DNA from: Magallana gigas
Taxonomy: Eukaryota
Direction: 5' to 3'
Assembly (NCBI RefSeq): GCF_963853765.1
Contig: NC_088861.1
Coordinates: 37,820,001-37,884,000 of the forward strand
Length of the DNA: 64,000 nucleotides
Part shown: positions 12,501 to 21,500 of the stretch, in pieces
How positions within the stretch are numbered: position 1 is the stretch's first letter
Layout: the number at the start of each line of letters is the position of its first letter
The notes under the pieces: generated by a model
What the model saw: only the letters and a program-made list of their open reading frames with translations
The model's database searches: none
What the model was told of the DNA's origin: nothing
Program-made: the position numbers and the translations under genes

Positions 12501-15500
12501 CTGCCATTTTGGGCTGATCTCCTTGAATCATCAGGCTTTCTCATTTCTCGTATTTCCGACTTAAGCTCATTCAAAGAGCTTTGTAAGCCTTTTAGACACT
12601 TCGTCAATTCATCGGTGTTGTCGGCATCATCATTTCTGGAGGAGTCACCATTAGCCATACGCAAGTGTGACTTCTGTTCTATTCTTCTGAAATCTGACTG
12701 TATGAAAGCCTCTAACTCTACTGCAAGCCTTATTGCATCGTTTAGACTCTGTGGTCTGGCCTGTTTGATTCTAAGGCGCATATCCGCATCCACCAAAGCA
12801 TCAATGAATTGTTCCTTTGCGAGCGTTTCCCTCACGTCATTCGGTGCCGTTGGATAAGCTAAATGTGCCAATCTCCTTATTGTCTGGCCCAATTCTGGGA
12901 GCGTCTCTGTTGCTTTCTGTATACGTTCTCTCAATTGAACTCTATATAGCTCTGTTTGATTTGCAGGTGCAAAGCGATCCTCTAAAGCCCTTACGAGTTC
13001 ATTGTAGTTTCTACCTAATTCGCCAGCAAGGTTGCCTAACACTCCCTGGGCGTTTCCTCTTAAGGACACTGCTAAGTAGAGACCTTTTTCCCTGTCTGTC
13101 CATCCATTCAAGGCTGCACACGCTTCAAAATGCGATTTGTAATCTAGCCACGAAGCGCTGCCATCAAATGTCGCTGGCTTTATATAGTTGGATGGCTTCT
13201 TAAAAGAAGTATCGGGGTTTTTATATCCTCCCTCATCTTTTTCTGTGGGCGCTTCAAGCGGCCGTTGTCGCCTGACAGTAATTCGCGGTTCATTTTCCCT
13301 TACTTCTATTCGATTCTTTTCACGGAACCTCGGCGATGCCGTAAAACTGAGATCCTCTTGATATTCAGGGTCATACATTTGGTTATATTCTCTTCTTTTG
13401 AATCTGATTTCTGTTGGACCTTCAGACATAATTCCAGAGTCGCTTTTCCGAACAGTTTGATGTGCTGGAGTCGAGGTCTGCTGTTTCATATCTTCTCTAA
13501 GTTTCATCGAGTGTTCAAACGTCGTCCTGTTAAGCTCCTCAAGCTCCGCTTCAATTCTCTGTATTTCCTCGGTAATATTATCCAATGCCATTCTTACAAT
13601 AAAAACACGAGATTATTATTTAAAAACTTTAATGTACAAAAATCATACAATCAAACGTGGTCCCAACGTGGGCGCCAAATTTTGTAACGTGTCTGCCTAA
13701 ACACGCTAATAATTATAATGGGTCCCCTCAGATACCTTGCTGAGGTGTTTGATTTTTATGATAATTGTTTAAGATATATAATAATTTTCCTTATCGCTTG
13801 CCTAGCTTTTATTGATTCAAAACTCAATTAATTATAAATATTTGAATGTATGGGCCGTAGCCGCACTCTTTGCGTCGTTCCGACACACCCCGTCGCTTCT
13901 ATCAGTCACTTCAAGCGACCCGTCGCTTATATCGGTCGCTTCAAACAACCCGTCGCTTCTGTCGGTCACTTCAAAGCAACCCCACGAAGCACCCTCGTAA
14001 CTGATAACAAATGTCAACTCGCTGAATCTAAGCAACGCTCACGAAGACAAGTTGCTTCTATACGCCAGTATTATTGTTCTGCAAATCGCTGAGCAATATT
14101 GACTTACGAACAATAAGCTTACCTTGAAGTATTCACTTCAGCGTCTACACTGCGACTGACTGCTGACTCACGGCATCTCGTATTTATACCCTTTGATCAC
14201 GTGATCTGAGATACTCGGAACAATCAAAGAATCGGGCGTTTGCGACTTCAGAGTGTCTCTCGGTACTCATCATCCATTTTCATTTACCATTTATGTTACA
14301 CACTTTTCAAATTCCTACCCATTTTTGATCCAATTTTACAAAAAATTGAATGATGATAATACAAAAACATTTATAGTATTAAACTACTTATATTGATCTT
14401 ATACTGTTGGCATATAATTTACATGAGGTCAATGATCAAAATTTTGAGATATGGTGTCTTTTCTTGTTTTTAAGCATAATTCAATATTTTTTAAATTCAT
14501 GCCATACGGTTATTATAATGAAAGTTAAAACTACCAGAAAATATGCAAAATTATATAGACTAAAATATAAAATATTAACTTTTAATATTAGAGTACTTCC
14601 AAAAATGTTTAAGCAGAAAACAAAATCTGCAAAATTTAGTCCGAATTTCCTCTGTTTGGCTAAAAGTCTTTTTTTGTTTTGGCATAATTCCATAATGTAG
14701 TAGAAATATCGAATGTTATGTCAATAATAATTCATTTCACGGATACTTTTTGTGTTTAGAACAAATTTTACTCATGACATTGAACTTTATAACAATCCGA
14801 ATTCGAGAACTCAAACCCTGAGTAAACAACACCCTTAAGTCTGTTTCTCGAAGCTCTCCTAAATTTAGGAAACGTCATAACTTTGTCCTAACTTTAGGAC
14901 ATCTCTTACCTTGTCCTAAGACCATCCTTAGGCTGTATAATAACGTTTTGGGGGATATCGGGGTTGTTGTGAAGCTTTTTCCTAAGACTGATAGAATAAA
15001 GCAATATTTTCTACAGTTCCAGCATTTCCAACAAACATCTAATTCCTAATCCTGGAGGAGGGAGGTGGGGGGGGGGGGCGGGGGGGGGGGCGCATGGTCA
15101 TTAATTTTATCATGTACGTTCATTTTATCAATAAAAATTGGAGAGGGACCCTGTTTTTTGGTTGTTGATATTTTTAACTATTTATATGTTGTTTTTGTTC
15201 ACTAAAATACATTTAAGTAAATGTAAATTTTTTAAAATGTATACGTTAAAATTACTAGTTTTAGGCCTATTGTGTTACATGTAACTACCGCCACGTTTTC
15301 TCTGGCAACATGTTTGATGATTTATCCCTGCACAAGTCTCTCAAATTCGATTTTTATGAATAAATGTCAAAAATAAGAATGGCTGTAGAAGGTTAGGACA
15401 TACTAACTTAAGATGTTCCTAAGTTACCGTCGAGCTACATCTTAAGACGTGTCCTAAGTTGATCTTAGGATGTTCCTAACTTTTTCCTAAGTCATATCTT

Positions 15501-18500
15501 AGGAACACACTTAGGTCATATCTTAGGAAACTTTCGTGAACATGCCTGCTGGTCGTCAAAGTTCGAGGTCAATCACATTATTTCTTTAACAGGTTTCTTT
15601 TATTAATTTGTTTATTGTCGATTTCTTAAAATTCGTGGATTATGCGAACAAGCGATTTCTTTTGTTGAATTTTGCGAATTGTTGACTTTTCTCTTTTATT
15701 TCGCGAGGTGTAGATTTCTTTGTTGAATTTCGTTAATAGCAAGTTAATTTGTTTTATTTCACGAATAGTCGATAATTATTTGATGAATTTGCGAATAGTC
15801 TTTAATCTTTTGTATGATCATTCATTATTGCTTGTCGGATTCGATGAAACAAATTGACCGTGTCAATAAAATTGGAAGGACATTGATCTTATGCAATCAA
15901 GAAAAACTAAAAAATCTTCGAAAATTATTTGACCACAAGTGATATACATGTAGACATGCATTTTATGTTTTTACAAATCAACACCACCTCAACGCGCATC
16001 AATCCAATTTATTTAGTTGAATTAAAATTATTGAAAACTGAAAACAGTTTTCCTCATCCTTATTATCTTGTCGTACACAAGATTTCTGACGATCCAGAAA
16101 TATAAATAAACAAATGAAATATATTGATAATCTATGCGCGGATCTAGAGGAAGGGTGGGGGGGGGGCTGTAAAATTTAAATTTCTTTAAATTACATAATA
16201 AAATTGCCAAAAATATGCCTCGGAACCCCTCCCCCCGTCAAACTCAAAGAACCGCCGGACCCCCCCCCCCCCCGGAAAAATTTTCTGGATTCGCGCAAGC
16301 AATCCATGCCAAAATTATATCTATGAATTAATTTGAATTGAATGCATAACAGAAAAAAAGAGTGAATTATAGGAATGCCTCTTATCAATTATTTTTAATC
16401 CTTATTGATTGAACAGAAAAAAACTGAATTTAAATTCAGCAAAAATCCCCTTTTCTTCTATTTAGTATGTCTGAGATTATTTCCTTTTTCATTTGGAAAA
16501 ATAAAAAGTCAACACCAATTTAGATTAAATGCATGTCATAAATATAATATGTTCATCAAATAATCTTTATTTTGTAGCAATCAAGCCGCTGGAACAAGTG
16601 TTTGAGGCCTGCTACGGAGTGACGGCTGACGACTTTTTGGAGCCGGTGTGTAATATCAGTGAAGTTCTGTATATAAGGGACGTATTTACTTACGCCAAGC
16701 CGCGTTCCTACGGATGCCCACAAGAATCGACGCCGACCAATCGGAACGACTCATTCTGTTGTCGCTATAACAACGACACCACAGACTGCGGTTGGCGCTA
16801 TTATGGCGAATCTTATAAAGGCGTTCATTATACGAACTGTGTGGGAAGGTTGAAGTGCACCATTCAGGTGGCGTGGAATAGAACGGAACTGAACTGCGAT
16901 CCGCACATTTACATGTCCAAAAGTAACTTCATGAGGCAGTTTTACCATTGTATAAAAAGTAAGAATGATACTTTACTTTCAAGTCATATTTTATAATCTG
17001 TTTTCACGGACGTCCGCGCTGAATAGCAGTCACATTACCGTACCTGACGTCAAATGTTATGAGTGCTGTAATTGGAAATAACGAAAGCTTTTAACATTTA
17101 CTTCGAATCTCACTAGCTATTATAATATATACCCCTGTCTTGATAAACAAAGACTGTTGGTACGTCTAGAACGATACCTTAGTGTGATGTTTACAGCAAG
17201 CAATTATCATGTAAGGTCTGTTTAACTAAACTTGTGATTTATTGCAAGTTCAATAAAACGAAGGTAAACTTGTCAATGCGTCTTGAAATCGAATGCACAT
17301 CATTTTAACACGTTTGATTTAGAGGTATTCCCTAACTAAAATTATTTCAGAAAAAAATAAACACTATACGAGTACTCTGAACCAAAGTTTCACGTGTTTA
17401 CCTAGAATAATGTATTTACTACTAGTACATGTATATTAAATAAGCACATTCATGTTTATTTTGTCGTCGGGGTGACTGATTTCCATTTAACTTTCAAATA
17501 GTTAGGAACGATGGATTGACCTTGACCTCTGATTGCGACCCAAGACCTTGACCTTTAAAAAACATCACAAACACTCCCGGTTAGGTTGAATTTCGCTCAG
17601 AACTTTTGAAACGACGTCAAATTTATGGAAGAGAAAAGCTATATCAAAATAACGTTTCCTTCGGATTGCTTGATTTTCAAAACAATGTCGAGGACAAAAT
17701 AACAGCAAATTTTAAGTGAGTGCTATCTGTCTTAGAGAGAGTGCAGACAGTGACAGACATCAATATTTCAACGCCCTGGCTGGTTTCTCAATGATCATTT
17801 TGGCCATAATTTATTAAGTGTTTTTCTTTATCAATCACAAAAAATTGCAGCTCATTTCAATTATAAGCAAGCGCAGAAAAATACCAATTTAATGTTTTGA
17901 CGTTTTGTCATCATGGGTGATTGATTTCAATCATTGTTGTCTTATTTTATCTGTTTATTTTAATGAAAAATTAAGAAATGTTTAAAATTTGACATTATTT
18001 GATTTCCTTTTTTTTCTTAATTATTCTATTTATCAGGGTGAACTCTTAGAAGTTTGAGATAACTCCATAAATAACCAACAATCCAAACCGAAATACTGTA
18101 TACAGGGTTATTTTTGTCCCGTGTTATTTTCGCCCTTTTTCAATTGCAAACGGTTTCGCCTCGTCTTGAATTCGTCCAGATGCAGTTATGTTAACAAAGA
18201 TATTTTTTTGCAATATAGAATTCGCCCAGTCTTAAATTCGCCCTCTGACAATGAGGGCGAAAGAAGCGAAAATAAAGCGAATATTTCCCTGTATACAGTA
18301 AACACCTACTCAAATACACAGTTGTCTTTCTCATGCCTCTTTAGAGTTATTAAGGCCAAGATGGTACCTATAGGTTTATAAAATTAAAGATATAAATTAT
18401 TTCAATGATGCTTTATAACAATACCTTTGTTAGCTAGGGTCTATCGTGGCTATAACGTTTAGTAAACATATTAGAAAGTCATGTTTTAAATTCTGATTTT

Positions 18501-21500
18501 CTATAACAAAAGAAAAGAACGATATAAGTGTCAAATCTAGAACTTTTATAACCAATGAAAAAAATTTAGAATGCGTACAATTTCTCCGACAAATGTCTTT
18601 AAAATAGGTGTCAGGATTACTTTTCTCATGATTTGATAGAGAATGTCAGAAAATTGTTTCATTTTCTGGCATAATTTCATTAAAGCCGAAAGGTATGGCG
18701 TCACAATGGTTCCAAAACAATATTGAGAGCGACAGCTGATCTTTTTTTTTCGTCGAAGTTTATATCTTCAACGATTGATATGAATCTTGTGTTTCAGCTT
18801 CCTTGATATCGGACATTTGCACATCTTCAACAAAAACAGGAAATGAATTATATGTATGGAATGATGGGTATCCAGACACTAGTGGCGACTGCGCAACTTC
18901 CTCCGGATGTGCCTGTTCCGTTTCTGCTACCAAAGGTTCAACTATCCAGGTGGACCTCTTAGATCTCCGTTTGTATGAAGATGGCGTCGGCACGTGTTAC
19001 CAGCGGCTAGTAATATCTGAAGGAGGAGTGGACACATCCATTGATTGTGATAAAAAGAACGAATTCGCTTTGACGCCCATCTACACGAGCCAGTCAGATT
19101 CTTTCGACATTCGATTTGACAACACACATTCAGGACAAAGTGGAAACTTTTGGATAGCATTGCGAGGTAATATATATTTACAATGTACATGTGTACATGT
19201 ATTAACTATGTCTAGTCATTTCCCAAAATTTAACAAAAATTTTGCAAATTAGTATTTCCCTTAACGCTATTAAAGAGCAGAGCAGGTAATTAGTATATCT
19301 GTTTAAACTGTTTTAACAGATAAAGAAATCATACTTGATTGTGATCATAGCATGCAAATCATAAGATTTGAATATGTTGCGTTACCAACCGAGTTTATTT
19401 AAACAATAAAATGCCTTCTTTGGTGAATTAGTTGGGATATGAAGGTACTGACATTGCAAATAAAATAAATAACACGCGTTAGCGGGTTATGTAAATTTTT
19501 TCTGCAATGATCGCTACCTTCATTTCCCGAATGAATCACCAAAGAAGGCATTTTATTGTTAATATTAAATCTTTCTTTTAACTAATAATGAATTGATTAT
19601 GAAAAGTAAGAACAATTCACTAAATTACTGTTAATGTACATAAGTATGTAAGCTAAATGAAACAGCCAAATCGGCTCCTGTGAGACTTTGAGTCTGACAT
19701 CATCATGATTATTTCGTGCAGTTCGTGAGTTTTCTAAGGTCGCTGTAGGTTTCGACCAATCGATAAACAGGGCGTGCAAATTTCAGTCCTGTCACTTTCT
19801 TGTCAGTTTAAGCCGTTGTAGATTTTGACCAATCGATAAACGAGGCGTGTAGATTTCATATAAAACTATGAATTAACTATAATTTTCCGTAAGAAATAGA
19901 GGGAATATACTTGGTAGATGTAAATATATTCCTATAAACTTTTAAACTCTCCTATTTTTTTTCTTAATATTTATCATAATAAGTGTATATGTTTTATGTT
20001 TGAATACCGAAATGTCCCACACTCTTTTCAGCGATAGACAGTACTGCAACTCTGACCTTGACCTGTGGGAATTCCTCCGCCGTGTATTCCTGTGGGGAAT
20101 CCCTTCCAACTACACCAGCACCAACCATCGTGACGTCACCATCAAATAGTTCTTCCACTTCAACAAATAGTTCCTCATCTTCATCAAATAGTTCTACTAC
20201 GTCATCTTCTACCTTGGTTGTCTTAACGACAGATTTGACGTCATCAGTTACGGCGTCATTGTCTGCTGCTGCAAGCCAGTCCAAAGCTGATGGTATTTTT
20301 TTTTCAGTAGAAAATATTTATTGCTTCTGATAGCACAATCATGACTCAAAAGTAAACAGAAACATGGATTCTGAGGAAATTGCTTACAGTTTTTATTATA
20401 GATATTTTTTAGCTCAAACATCCTGTTTTACTACTTGTATGTGGACATTGAGTGCAACAAAGATGGAATAAGCATTGCTTCTAACGTTATGCCATCAAGA
20501 TATAATTTAATTTTTCCAAAATAAAAAAAATAAAACATGAATGTAGATCAGGAACTTTAGGACATTACGAAGTAACTCATCCAACCTGGTATTTTTGCAT
20601 CCATAAAATCAATTAAAAACATGTATAAAGCATGATTGGATGATGAAAATATAGATATTACAAGCATAAAATCAACTACATGTACTTTAAAAGTGGCTAT
20701 TTACGCGGTCTTTGTTTCTAACATCATGAGTTCGGATATTTTGATGTTTTAATTCAAAATTTCTACATATTGTAGTGAGCCAATATGTCAATTCTGATTT
20801 ATTTTAAATAATAGTAACCAAGAACGCTGACTTTTTCCCCTATCCCATATCCATATAAATATGAATACATGTAATCTATTTAGTATATATCTTACGCCAA
20901 ATAATAATTTATATTTATATATGGCTTTTATCAGACCTATACTGGAATATGGTGATGTTGTGTGGGGCAACTGTACCAAAACAAACTCCGAATTGCTTGA
21001 AAAAGTACAAATTGAAGCAGCCAGAATAATAACAGGGTTGAGAGTTAACTCATCTAGAAGTATCTTATATAGCGAACTTGGCTGGGAAACCCTTCAATCT
21101 CGAAGTTATAAACATAAGCTTATTCTTTTCTACAAAATCATTCATGGTTTAGCACCGCAGTACTTGTTAGACTTAATTCAACCATACTTTCCAACTGAAC
21201 ATGCATATATAATCTTAGGTCTAATGGCAATTTTTACTCTCTGCCACTATGTCGGACTACTTCTTATTACAATAGCTTTATTCCATCTACAATTAAATTA
21301 TGGAATAATCTTGATGCAGAAATAAAACATTCATCATCTTTGTCTATTTTTAAGTCAAAACTCAAAAACCAAAATATATCCAAAACTTGCAAACACTACA
21401 GCTTTGGCAATAGGAAAGAAAATATTATTTTATGTCAATTACGGAATAAAGCTAGCAATTTAAATGTTCATTTATTTAAGGATTTTTTAATTGCTGATAG

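Larger units (their letters stand above)
7045..14300 (-). mobile_element. Full-length Ty3/Gypsy LTR retrotransposon with an extra 3' ORF
   Basis: 618-bp TG...CA LTRs at 7045-7662 and 13683-14300, no differences seen by eye. 4-bp TSD CACT (7041-7044, 14301-14304). tRNA-Lys-like PBS TGGCGCCCA starting at 13677. Purine-rich PPT GAGAAGGAGGCGTGGGTAA next to the 3' LTR. Domain order PR-RT-RH-IN. Confidence 0.97.
6621..15548. mobile_element. Non-autonomous TIR DNA transposon (about 1.7 kb without the nested retrotransposon), 3-bp TSD CTG, probably PIF/Harbinger (PHIS)-related
   Basis: Ends are caggcatgttcacgaa (6621) and ttcgtgaacatgcctg (to 15548), flanked by ctg at 6618-6620 and 15549-15551. Many subterminal cttagga/tcctaag motifs occur at both ends. 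Confidence 0.8.

Noticed and set aside
19994-20284. Acidic 96-aa minus-strand ORF
   Set aside because: Antisense reading of the Ser/Thr stalk exon.
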